64,000 nt of DNA from Syntrophales bacterium (GTDB taxonomy: Bacteria > Desulfobacterota > Syntrophia > Syntrophales > UBA2210): contig CAXXNF010000002.1 of the NCBI GenBank assembly GCA_963666365.2, positions 288,001 through 352,000 of the forward strand, read 5' to 3'. Both the position numbers and the translations under genes were made by a program. A model generated the notes under the pieces. The model saw nothing but the letters and a program-made list of their open reading frames with translations. It was not told where the DNA came from and made no database searches. Every line of letters begins with the position of its first letter. Within the stretch, counting starts at the first letter, position 1. This document shows, in pieces, positions 43,767-52,716 of the stretch.

Positions 43767-44943
43767 AGGCGGAACGGCGGCGGGGAAGACGCCCCTGTGG
43801 CGGTATGCGGCAGCGGGGGCGTTGATGGTCCTGTTCGCCCTGTCTTCCGGGTGTGATGATGACAACTGGAGGTCGGAAAAAATTCAGCCCCCTGAGGCGG
43901 GGTCACGGGTCAGGATTCAGGTGGAGGTCGTTGAGGTGCGGCATGGAGATGTCTATTCCCCCATTCGGGCGACGGGCACGGTCGTTGCCGATATAGAAGC
44001 GAAGGTGAGCGCAAAGGTATCGGGGCGCATAGAAGTCGTTGCCGTGGATGAGGGAGATCGAATGAGTGAAGGGGGGCTTATTGCACGCCTGGAACAGAGG
44101 GATTTTGAACTCACCTACAAAAGCGCCCTGGCGCAGCGTGATATGGTGAAGGCCTCTGCACGGGAAGCCACGCTGAACCTGACCAATGTAACGCGTGAAA
44201 AATTGCGGATAGAGAATCTTTATCAGCGTAAGGTGGTATCTCAGCAGTCCTATGACGATGCCGTCACTGCCTATCGCATGGCCCTGGCCCGTGTCGATGT
44301 GCTGGAGGCGCAGTCTAAAGCGGCGATTGCCGACCTTGAACTGGCCAGGCGCCGCCTCGAAGATTCCCGCGTAACCGCCCCCTTTTCAGGGTATGTGACC
44401 GAAAAATACGTCAATGAAGGGGAATTTATTTCTCCCGGTATGCCGATTGTGACGATCATGAACATCGATCAGGTGAAGGCTGAGGTGAAAGTTCCCGAGA
44501 TGGAACTGACGAGAGTCGCCCTGGGGATTCCCGTGGATTTGGAAATCGACGCCCTTGAAGATCATCGATTCGAAGGGCAGATATCAGCAATAAATGCGCG
44601 CGTCGATCCGATCAACAGAAACTTTACCGTAAAAATTAAGATCCCGAATCCAAAACACCTTATAAAGTCAGGGATGTTTGCCCGTATTACCATAAAAACC
44701 GATATCATACGAGACGTGCCGGTTGTGCCCGAAAGGGCCCTCGTTGCCGATGCGCAGGGAGGGAATGCGGTATTCATGCTGGAGAACGGAAAGGCACGGT
44801 GCAGGTCCGTGATAGTCGGGGCACGAGGAGAAGGCATTGTACAAATAAAAGAAGGACTTGCGCGCGGAGAAACAATCCTAGTTTCAGGGAACTACGGCCT
44901 GACCGACGGAAGTGAGGTGGACGCGAGGGAAGTAAGGTACTGA
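43759..44943 (+). CDS. RND periplasmic adaptor (membrane fusion protein)
   Basis: VSAKVSGRI..V.VDEGD, APFSG.V, GMFA; lipobox-like SSGC. Confidence 0.9.
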   Translation: MSKGGTAAGKTPLWRYAAAGALMVLFALSSGCDDDNWRSEKIQPPEAGSRVRIQVEVVEVRHGDVYSPIRATGTVVADIEAKVSAKVSGRIEVVAVDEGDRMSEGGLIARLEQRDFELTYKSALAQRDMVKASAREATLNLTNVTREKLRIENLYQRKVVSQQSYDDAVTAYRMALARVDVLEAQSKAAIADLELARRRLEDSRVTAPFSGYVTEKYVNEGEFISPGMPIVTIMNIDQVKAEVKVPEMELTRVALGIPVDLEIDALEDHRFEGQISAINARVDPINRNFTVKIKIPNPKHLIKSGMFARITIKTDIIRDVPVVPERALVADAQGGNAVFMLENGKARCRSVIVGARGEGIVQIKEGLARGETILVSGNYGLTDGSEVDAREVRY

Positions 44944-44960
44944 CAGCCCCGAGGTTTTCT

Positions 44961-47900
44961 ATGACCATTCCTGAGTTTTCAGTCAAACGCAAGATTACCG
45001 TACTCATGATGATTATGATCGTGATGCTTTTCGGTGTGCTGGCGTTTTCTCGACTGGGCCTCGACATGATGCCGGAACTCGAATATCCGGTGGTGTCGGT
45101 TATCACCACCTATGAAGGAGTTTCGTCGGAAGATATCGAAAATCTGATCACCAGGCAGGTAGAGGAAGTGGTCAGCTCCGTGAAGAACGTCAAAGAGGTC
45201 AGCTCCCTTTCTCAGGAGGGAATTTCTGCGGTAATCGTCGAATTCGAATGGGGGGTCAATCTTGATTTCGCTGCCCAGGATGTCCGGGAAAAACTGTCCT
45301 GGCTGACCGATTATCTGCCCGAGGATGCAGATTCGCCCCTGGTAGTCAAGTTCAATACGTCCGATTACCCGATTCTCTATTACGGGGTTACGGGGATGGA
45401 GAATACGCAGGTATTGCGGGAATACCTGGACGATAATGTGAAGCCCCGGATAGAGAGGATCGAGGGGGTGGCATCCATCTTTATTCTGGGCGGGCTTGAA
45501 AGAGAAATAAACGTGTTTGTAGACAGGCAAAAACTCAAGGCCTTCAATCTCTCCATAGAACAAATGATTGCCAAACTCGCTCAGGAAAATGTCAACGTCT
45601 CAGGGGGGCACCTCACAAAGGGAAGCACTGAATATCTCATCAGGACGATGGGCGAGTACAAGGATATGGAATCCATTCGTAACACCATTGTGACCATGCA
45701 CGGTGGAACGCCGGTGTACGTGAACGATGTGGCCACGGTAAAGGATACCTACAAGGAGATTCGGAATCGGGCACGCACAAATCGTCGACCCTCGGTGATT
45801 ATGATGGTGATGAAACAGGCGGGGAAGAACTCCGTTACCGTAACGAACCGCATCAACAAAACCCTGGACGAGTTCAGGGCGCGCATGCCCAAGGATGTCG
45901 CCTTTTATGCCGTAATGGACCAGGCGCGCATTATAAAAACGGTGACACGAAATACGGGACAGAATGCGATCATAGGTGCTGTTCTGGCCATTGTCATGGT
46001 ATTTCTCTTTCTGTGGAACTGGCGGCCGACGCTGACGATCGCAGTTGCCGTGCCGCTCTCGGGCATTACAACGGCTCTCGGGCTCTATGCCTTCGACTAT
46101 ACCCTGAACATTATGACGCTCGGCGGTATGGCGCTGGGTGTGGGTATGCTTGTTGACAACGCCGTGGTGGTGATTGAAAATATTTTTCGCCATCGAGAAG
46201 AGGGGGAAAGTCCAGATGTAGCAGCAGCCGAAGGCGCCCGGGAAGTAGGCATGGCTATCACCGCATCCACGCTGACCACCATATCTGTCTTTATCCCCAT
46301 GACGCTGTCCAGTGGGGTGGCAGGCCGTCTTTCCCGTCCGCTGGCCGTAACGGTAGCCCTTGCGCTTTTGGCCTCGCTTTTTGTGGCGCTTACCATCGTG
46401 CCGATGCTCTCGTCAGTACTGGCTGAAGGCGCCGGGCAACGAAAAAAAGCCGAGGGCAAGGCGCACGGCATGTTTTCAACTGTACGAAAGCGTTATGAAC
46501 GACTTTTGCGCTGGGGGCTTTCCTGGAGAAAGACAGTGACGGCAGCGGCGCTTGCGGTGTTTCTTTTGAGTCTCGCAATGATACCCCTGCTCGGTACGGA
46601 ATTCATGCCGAAAGAAGACTTTCCCATTCTGGCCTTGCGGGCGACCCTTCCTGTAGGGACATCACTGGAAGAATCAAACAGGGTGATCCGCTCCATCGAA
46701 GAGGTCATACTGCATCAGCCGGAAACGCTCTTCTGCACTTCCTTTGTGGGATTGTCAAGGGAATCGAAGGTTGACGCCGCCTGGGGAACCGGACCGGCTG
46801 ACGTGAGTGAAGCGGTGATCTATACGCGTCTTGCCGACAAAGAAGATCGGGTCCGTTCATCAGAAGAAATCCTTGATGACGTAAGGCGGCAGATTCCTGT
46901 TATTGAGGGGGCAAAATTCGATTTTTTCGATATACAGCAGGTATTTCTGGGAAGTACGGGGGGAAACTCGCCGGTAGCCGTCAAGGTCTTCGGAAAGGAT
47001 TTGGAAACACTGAAAGACATCACCGATCGTCTGGTCCGGGAGAGCGCCTCCATTAAGGGGCTTCGCGATATCGACACGACGCTTAAAATGGGCAAACCCG
47101 AACTGCAGGTTATGGTAGACCGTGAAAAGGCCTCTCAGGTAGGGCTGACGGTGGGCCAGATTGCCCGCGCCGTCAAGGCAGGATTTCTGGGAATCGTGTC
47201 CACACGGTATCGGATCGGCGGCGACGAATACGACATCAGAATACGGTATCGCGACCGGGACCGTCAAACTGAGGACGATGTGAAAAATATATGCCTGGTG
47301 ACGCAGAGAGGAGATCAGATTCCACTGTACCAGATCGCGCGCATTGAAGAGAAAATGGGACCGGTAAAGATATTGCGGGAAGATCAGGAACGCAAAGTTA
47401 CCATGACGGCCAACACCTATCAGCGTGATATCGGGAGTATCGTTGCAGACATCAAGAAAGCGGAATCTCGGATAGATATTCCGGAAGGATATTTTGTTGA
47501 ATACGGCGGCGCTTACCAGGATATGGAGGAGGCATTCTCGTCGCTGTTAATGGCCCTGGGTATTGCCGTGATTCTGATATATATGATCATGGCGGCCCAG
47601 TTCGAATCGCTGCGACACCCCCTGGTTATCATGATGACGGTGCCGCTGTCATTCATAGGGGTGGTATTCGGATTGTATCTTTTTGGAAAAACTCTTTCAG
47701 TTCCTGCGTTTATGGGAATTCTCATACTTTCCGGTGTAGTGGTGAACAACGGCATTGTGATGATCGACTATATCAATCAGCTTCGTCGGCGTGGCATGGA
47801 TGCCTATGGGGCAATCATCGAGGGGGCTGCAATGCGACTCCGCCCCATATTGATAACGACCTTTACCACCGTATTCGGCATGTTGCCCATGGCCCTGAGC

Positions 47901-48029
47901 CGGACCCAGGGATCGGAACTCCGCTCGCCGATGGCGATTGCCGTGGGATGCGGGCTTCTTTTTTCCATGTTTCTGACGCTGCTGGTTATTCCTGTTGTGT
48001 ACAGCATCTTTGACAGAGTCAAAAAATAG
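44961..48029 (+). CDS. RND efflux permease (AcrB/AcrD/AcrF family)
   Basis: 1022 aa; GMLVDNAVVV.ENI, GVVVNNGIV, RLRPILIT. Confidence 0.93.
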   Translation: MTIPEFSVKRKITVLMMIMIVMLFGVLAFSRLGLDMMPELEYPVVSVITTYEGVSSEDIENLITRQVEEVVSSVKNVKEVSSLSQEGISAVIVEFEWGVNLDFAAQDVREKLSWLTDYLPEDADSPLVVKFNTSDYPILYYGVTGMENTQVLREYLDDNVKPRIERIEGVASIFILGGLEREINVFVDRQKLKAFNLSIEQMIAKLAQENVNVSGGHLTKGSTEYLIRTMGEYKDMESIRNTIVTMHGGTPVYVNDVATVKDTYKEIRNRARTNRRPSVIMMVMKQAGKNSVTVTNRINKTLDEFRARMPKDVAFYAVMDQARIIKTVTRNTGQNAIIGAVLAIVMVFLFLWNWRPTLTIAVAVPLSGITTALGLYAFDYTLNIMTLGGMALGVGMLVDNAVVVIENIFRHREEGESPDVAAAEGAREVGMAITASTLTTISVFIPMTLSSGVAGRLSRPLAVTVALALLASLFVALTIVPMLSSVLAEGAGQRKKAEGKAHGMFSTVRKRYERLLRWGLSWRKTVTAAALAVFLLSLAMIPLLGTEFMPKEDFPILALRATLPVGTSLEESNRVIRSIEEVILHQPETLFCTSFVGLSRESKVDAAWGTGPADVSEAVIYTRLADKEDRVRSSEEILDDVRRQIPVIEGAKFDFFDIQQVFLGSTGGNSPVAVKVFGKDLETLKDITDRLVRESASIKGLRDIDTTLKMGKPELQVMVDREKASQVGLTVGQIARAVKAGFLGIVSTRYRIGGDEYDIRIRYRDRDRQTEDDVKNICLVTQRGDQIPLYQIARIEEKMGPVKILREDQERKVTMTANTYQRDIGSIVADIKKAESRIDIPEGYFVEYGGAYQDMEEAFSSLLMALGIAVILIYMIMAAQFESLRHPLVIMMTVPLSFIGVVFGLYLFGKTLSVPAFMGILILSGVVVNNGIVMIDYINQLRRRGMDAYGAIIEGAAMRLRPILITTFTTVFGMLPMALSRTQGSELRSPMAIAVGCGLLFSMFLTLLVIPVVYSIFDRVKK

Positions 48030-48132
48030 GGACACTTCCCTATTTATGGGCTGTAAGTGCCTATAAAACAAGTGGATATTTGAGATAACTTTTGTAAGCC
48101 ACAGGGAGAAAATAGGGAAGTGTCCCCGTTTT
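48024..48132. repeat. REP-like inverted doublet (AAATAGGGACACTTCCCTATTT)
   Basis: Palindromic unit at 48024-48045 and an inverted near-copy at 48110-48132. Confidence 0.75.
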
Positions 48133-48208
48133 GAGGTTGAAACAGAGATGAAGAGCGGCTACACTCTTTATTTATGTACCGCAATCAATAGGTAAGGAGG
48201 TTTGGCGG

Positions 48209-48511
48209 ATGGCTGATTTTATCAAGAAGAGCATGCTTATGGGGTTTGGTCTCGTTTCGTTGACCCGGGAGAAGGCGGAAACCTTTATCGATGACTTGAT
48301 CAAACGGGGTGAGCTTTCGGAAAAAGAGGGCAGAGACGCCGTAGATGAGCTGGTGGAAAAGTCAAAAGAGCTGAAAAAGGATTTATCCCACAAAGTGGAA
48401 AGTATTGTGTCTGACACGATAAAAAAGATGAATATTCCGACGCGAAGCGAGATTGACGAGCTGAAAAAGAAAATAGCGGAGCTTGAGGTAAAAAGTATCG
48501 GCGAGGAATAA
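48209..48511 (+). CDS. phasin-like (polyhydroxyalkanoate granule-associated) protein
   Basis: GFGLVSLTREKAE..IDDLIKRGELSEKEG...IPTRSEIDEL; precedes an ABC1 kinase. Confidence 0.75.
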   Translation: MADFIKKSMLMGFGLVSLTREKAETFIDDLIKRGELSEKEGRDAVDELVEKSKELKKDLSHKVESIVSDTIKKMNIPTRSEIDELKKKIAELEVKSIGEE

Positions 48512-48514
48512 TCG

Positions 48515-50191
48515 ATGCTCATTCGACAGCTCGGCATCGTTTCCAGGACCTACCGGCACGTCAACAGGTACCGTCAGATTCTGGGCGTGCTGTTTACGTA
48601 CGGCTACGGTGATTTGGTGGACCGGCTCAATGTCGATCAGTATATTGAGATCGGAATGCAGCTTATCACTCGAAAGCGCTCGGGAAAGGCAGCGAAACTC
48701 AGCAGGGCCGAGCGCATCAGAATCGCGCTGGAAGATCTGGGGCCGACTTTCGTTAAGCTGGGGCAGATCCTTTCGACACGCCCCGATATTATTCCCCCCG
48801 ATGTTATCAGGGAGCTCGAAAAACTTCAGGACAATGTTCCCCCCTTTCCTTTTTCCGAGGCAAAAGAAACGATAGAGAGGGAGTTGGGGAAACCGGTCGA
48901 AGAGCTCTTTGTCTCTATCGATGAAAAACCGCTGGCAGCCGCTTCGATAGGGCAGGTTCACCGCGCCCGTTTGAAAAACGGTGAAGAGATCATCGTCAAG
49001 GTCCGTCGTCCGGGCATAGGCGCTGAAATAGAAGTGGATCTGGAAATTCTTCTGCATCTGGCAACGTTGGCGGAGAGCCATATCGATGAGATGGCCATAT
49101 ACAAACCGACAAAGATCGTGGAAGAGTTTTCCCGCACAATGGAAAACGAAATCGACTATACCGTCGAAGCATTGTATGCGGAAAGATTTGGAAGACAGTT
49201 CCTCCATAATCCCGCCATTTATGTGCCCTCTGTGATGAGTGACCTCTCCACTGCGCGTGTGCTGATAATGGAATATGTGGAGGGGATCAAGGCATCGGAG
49301 ATCGATGTTCTTGATGAAAAGGGATATGATCGCAGGATCATTGCCGAAAAGGGCGCCGATCTCCTCTTGCAACAGGTCTTTGATTACGGATTCTTTCATG
49401 CCGATCCTCATCCGGGCAATCTCTGTATTCTACCCGGCAACGTGGTCTGCTTCATGGATTTTGGAATGATGGGAACTGTGGACCGGCGGTCGCGCGAGGA
49501 CCTTGCCGACATGGTCTATGCCATTGTGAAGCGGGATGAAGAAAAGGCGACGGATGCATTGCTTGCAATTGTGGAAATTGATGGAGAACCGGACCGGCGT
49601 GTTCTTGAAGCCGATGTGGCAACCCTCATGGAGATGTATGCCTACAAACCCCTGAAGGAGATACGGATCGAAAAGGTTCTGCGGCAAATGCTTGATATTA
49701 TTTCCCGGCACAGGCTGCGCCTTCCCTTTGACAAATTCCTTATGATGAAGGCCCTTGCCACGATGGAGGGGCTTGGTCTCGTGCTCGATCCCGATTTCGA
49801 CATGACCCTGCGGGCGGCGCCGTTCATAGAGCGCATAAAGCTTGAACGGTTGAGTCCAAGGCGTATCGTCGATGAGATGATAACGATGGGTGCTGATGTC
49901 ATTCGACTGGCTCGTGCCACCCCCGATGAAGTGCTGGATATCATGAAACAGATCAAGCAGGGAAAGATAAGGCTGGAGCTCGATCATCACGGACTTGATA
50001 TGCTCAAGGCGGCCCTGGATAGTACGGGGTACCGAATCTCGCTTGCCCTTGTGGCCGGCGCCCTCATTATCGGTTCATCCCTCATCATAAGCGCGGGAAA
50101 GGGGATCAGTCTTTTCGGTTTTCCCGTGCTCGGACTGGCGGGATTAATGATTGCGGCGCTGCTGGCCCTCTTGATGATCGTCAAGCGGTAG
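48515..50191 (+). CDS. ABC1/UbiB (AarF) family atypical kinase
   Basis: LGPTFVKLGQ.LSTR, AAASIGQVH, VKV, FFHADPHPGN, DFG; C-terminal TM helices. Confidence 0.9.
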   Translation: MLIRQLGIVSRTYRHVNRYRQILGVLFTYGYGDLVDRLNVDQYIEIGMQLITRKRSGKAAKLSRAERIRIALEDLGPTFVKLGQILSTRPDIIPPDVIRELEKLQDNVPPFPFSEAKETIERELGKPVEELFVSIDEKPLAAASIGQVHRARLKNGEEIIVKVRRPGIGAEIEVDLEILLHLATLAESHIDEMAIYKPTKIVEEFSRTMENEIDYTVEALYAERFGRQFLHNPAIYVPSVMSDLSTARVLIMEYVEGIKASEIDVLDEKGYDRRIIAEKGADLLLQQVFDYGFFHADPHPGNLCILPGNVVCFMDFGMMGTVDRRSREDLADMVYAIVKRDEEKATDALLAIVEIDGEPDRRVLEADVATLMEMYAYKPLKEIRIEKVLRQMLDIISRHRLRLPFDKFLMMKALATMEGLGLVLDPDFDMTLRAAPFIERIKLERLSPRRIVDEMITMGADVIRLARATPDEVLDIMKQIKQGKIRLELDHHGLDMLKAALDSTGYRISLALVAGALIIGSSLIISAGKGISLFGFPVLGLAGLMIAALLALLMIVKR

Positions 50192-50192
50192 C

Positions 50193-50256
50193 GTGGGGAA
50201 GGTAAGAAAGGTAAGAAAAGTAGGAAGAGTAGGAAGAGTGGGAAGAGGAAGAAAGG
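50193..50256 (+). repeat. degenerate 9-mer purine tandem (about 6 units)
   Basis: GTGGGGAAG-GTAAGAAAG-GTAAGAAAA-GTAGGAAGA-GTAGGAAGA-GTGGGAAGA right after the ABC1 kinase stop codon. Confidence 0.75.
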
Positions 50257-50265
50257 CAGTGGGCG

Positions 50266-50520
50266 CTATTTCTTCCTCATTTTTTTTACGAATACATCTA
50301 CGTCATGTTCGCTGGTCAGTGTGTAGACGGGGAGGCGCCCGAAGGGCTCTCTGTCGACGCAGGCGGTGGCGCATCCCGCCACGATGAGGAATGCCTCGGC
50401 ATCCTCATCGTGATGCGGGACGAAATCTATGTGGGTGAGCTGTTCTTTCAAGCGGGCTACCGCCGCCACACGGTCGTATCCGGGGTTGCAGCCCCCGCAG
50501 TACTTGATTCCGATTTTCAG
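50266..50520 (-). CDS. small Cys-motif protein (YCGGCNP ... GCxxAC), probable CTG start
   Basis: The frame extends 5' of the ORF call: (L)KIGIKYCGGCNPGYDRVAAV...AGCATACVD; CTG overlaps the abfD TGA stop; AAAGGGGA RBS upstream. Confidence 0.7.
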   Translation of the reverse strand: MKIGIKYCGGCNPGYDRVAAVARLKEQLTHIDFVPHHDEDAEAFLIVAGCATACVDREPFGRLPVYTLTSEHDVDVFVKKMRKK

Positions 50521-51980
50521 CTTAGATGATCCCCTTTCTCAATTCCGCACAGTTCCCTGGCCAGGCGCTGTTTCTCTTTCATGTTTACCATACGCGTAAT
50601 CATGATGCGCTGGGCCTGGGGCGAACCGGCGCCGTGCATCGATTCGGTCAGATAGCCCACAGCGGCTGTGCCGAGTGTCAGGTTTTCGATCAGGCGAAGG
50701 ACGCGCATCCTGTGTTCAGTAGGAACGTCGGCCTTTGTTTTGTAGTATTTGTCCAGCCACTTACCCACTTCGGGAGAGCGGAAGTCGGCATCAGAGGGAA
50801 GCGTAACCATCAGGCCGCCGGCGATGTCCTGGGCGATGCGGCTGATCTCATAGGGGAAGCGGGTCACGTTGTGCTTGTGAATATTGGCCAGAAGCACATT
50901 GACCAGATAGGTGCCGCTCGGCTCCCTGTGTCCCTCGGAGGCGCAGGCGATGCAGCCGCAGTAGAGCGTCTCGTTCAGGTGATTCATTTCCACGATTTTG
51001 TCTTTGACATGGGATGCCCGCTCGGCGCCGTTCATCTCGGCGATCGTCTGGGTGGCGCCGATAAGCACATCGCCCACGCCCACCTTGCAGGCGTAGCTCT
51101 GGCGATGGTAGGAGGCAAAGTTTTCCACCAGGGCAGTGGAAAAATCGTATTCCTTGTACATAAAGACCCGATCCCAGGGGACGAAAACGTGATCGAAGAC
51201 GACGAGCGCCTCGTGACCGCCGTAATACATGTTGCCCCGGTCCATGGTCATGCCTTCCAGCTTGCGGGTGTCGCAGGACTGGCGGCCCATGATGTAGGTG
51301 ATGCCTTCAGAATCGCTGGGGATGGCGAAGGAAACGGCGTAGTCTCTGTCCTCCTCCCTCATAGTGATGGTGGGCATGATAATGATCTCCTGAGAATTCA
51401 GCGCGCCGGTCTGATGGGCCTTGGCGCCGCAGACCACGATGCCGTCTGCTTTCTCTTCCACCACGTGGAGAAACATATCCGGATCGGGCTGCTTGTGAGG
51501 CGGCAGGGACCGGTCGCCTTTCGTGTCGGTCATGGCGCCGTCGCAGGTAAGATCGTTTTTCTGGACGTACTTGAGAAATTCGATAAACCGCTTGCTGTAT
51601 TCCGTGCCATACTTGGCATCGATATCATAGGTGACAATGGAAAGCGCATTCATGGCGTCCATGCCCACGCACCGCTGGAAACAGCACCCCGTCTTTCCGC
51701 CTAACAACCGACCCATCTTACTTTTTTTAACAAGATCGTCTACACTCTGGTGAATGTGGGTGAAACGGTTGACCCGCTCGCCTGTCAGGTGCGACGTTGC
51801 CACCATCAGATCTTCGTATTCCGGCCTGTGAGCCAGTTCGTAGGTGGCGGCGACGGCATTCATAGAGGGGCGGATGATGGGATCGTCAACTACGTTTTCT
51901 ATCTTCTTGCCGAACATATACACATTAAGGTTTAATTTCCTTAGACTTTCCTCATATTGCGCGGCATTCATCAAGGCCAT
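50517..51980 (-). CDS. abfD: 4-hydroxybutyryl-CoA dehydratase/vinylacetyl-CoA isomerase (HpaB/AbfD family)
   Basis: CFQRCVGMDA, MTDTKGDRS, GAKAHQTG, YHRQSYAC, ESMHGAGSPQAQ; Fe-S ligand Cys and His residues present. Confidence 0.87.
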   Translation of the reverse strand: MALMNAAQYEESLRKLNLNVYMFGKKIENVVDDPIIRPSMNAVAATYELAHRPEYEDLMVATSHLTGERVNRFTHIHQSVDDLVKKSKMGRLLGGKTGCCFQRCVGMDAMNALSIVTYDIDAKYGTEYSKRFIEFLKYVQKNDLTCDGAMTDTKGDRSLPPHKQPDPDMFLHVVEEKADGIVVCGAKAHQTGALNSQEIIIMPTITMREEDRDYAVSFAIPSDSEGITYIMGRQSCDTRKLEGMTMDRGNMYYGGHEALVVFDHVFVPWDRVFMYKEYDFSTALVENFASYHRQSYACKVGVGDVLIGATQTIAEMNGAERASHVKDKIVEMNHLNETLYCGCIACASEGHREPSGTYLVNVLLANIHKHNVTRFPYEISRIAQDIAGGLMVTLPSDADFRSPEVGKWLDKYYKTKADVPTEHRMRVLRLIENLTLGTAAVGYLTESMHGAGSPQAQRIMITRMVNMKEKQRLARELCGIEKGDHLS

Positions 51981-52186
51981 AGATTAAAAACCTCCTTTTC
52001 AAATTAATTGAGAACGACAAAGTATACACTGTACAGGTCTGGATGACAAGATCATAAGGGAAAAGAATTTCAGTTCTTATAATTGGGGTTGTTGCGTGTA
52101 CATGCGCAGCGCCCAACTGATCGGTTGCGTTGCGGGATTTCACATTATTCTTGCCATGTGATTGGTCATGATGGTATAGCCGGACC

Positions 52187-52432
52187 ATGACAGAGTCAAT
52201 GGGTTTCAACATTATTGTTGTTGCGATGGGAGTCCTTTTCTGGCTGACGGCGGGGAAAATTTACGACTCACATCGCAATACGCAAGAGAACTTTCCCCTC
52301 ATATTTAAATTAACGGGCCTGAACGTTCGCTATATCGATAACAAGGATCTGTGGATGAGATGTTTCAGACGCCAGGTAATCCTGGTAGTGATCCTCTTTG
52401 TTGCCGTTATGGTGATGAACAGTGTTGTGTAA
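52187..52432 (+). CDS. small two-TM hypothetical membrane protein
   Basis: 81-aa ORF with two hydrophobic helices in otherwise free intergenic space. Confidence 0.5.
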   Translation: MTESMGFNIIVVAMGVLFWLTAGKIYDSHRNTQENFPLIFKLTGLNVRYIDNKDLWMRCFRRQVILVVILFVAVMVMNSVV

Positions 52433-52509
52433 CGGTCCGTCTGGTCTATTTGGTCTGTCTGGTCTGTTTGGTCTGTCTGGTCTGTTTGGTCTGTCTGGTC
52501 TATTTGGTT
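52432..52509. repeat. 9-bp tandem repeat (YTGGTCTRT) x7 plus degenerate ends
   Basis: CTGGTCTAT-TTGGTCTGT-CTGGTCTGT-TTGGTCTGT-CTGGTCTGT-TTGGTCTGT-CTGGTCTAT at 52441-52503. Confidence 0.9.
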
Positions 52510-52716
52510 GGCTTGCCGTGTATCACATGGTTCCGGAAAGCGGTACGGTTCTTGTGGATTAAGCCTTCAGGAACTTCCTCGACGAGGAAGAAAAAACTGT
52601 CCTTCCAATCCAATTATGATATAAGAGGCAAATTTAATACGATAATTGAGTACATAATCGAAAAGACGATTATGAAATAGCTCTATTAGCGTTAGCATTA
52701 CCCAGCGGGAAGAACA

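Noticed and set aside
50526..51704. 392-aa antisense ORF over abfD, and similar long shadow ORFs (e.g. 12039-13094, 17499-18554, 48383-49411)
   Set aside because: They lie opposite well-conserved genes with GC-rich third positions and show no recognisable motifs
52432..52509. CRISPR array, or the ORF 52351-52680 with an (LVC)n repeat
   Set aside because: Pure tandem repeat with no spacers and no cas genes; the ORF is a by-product of the repeat and overlaps a more plausible gene
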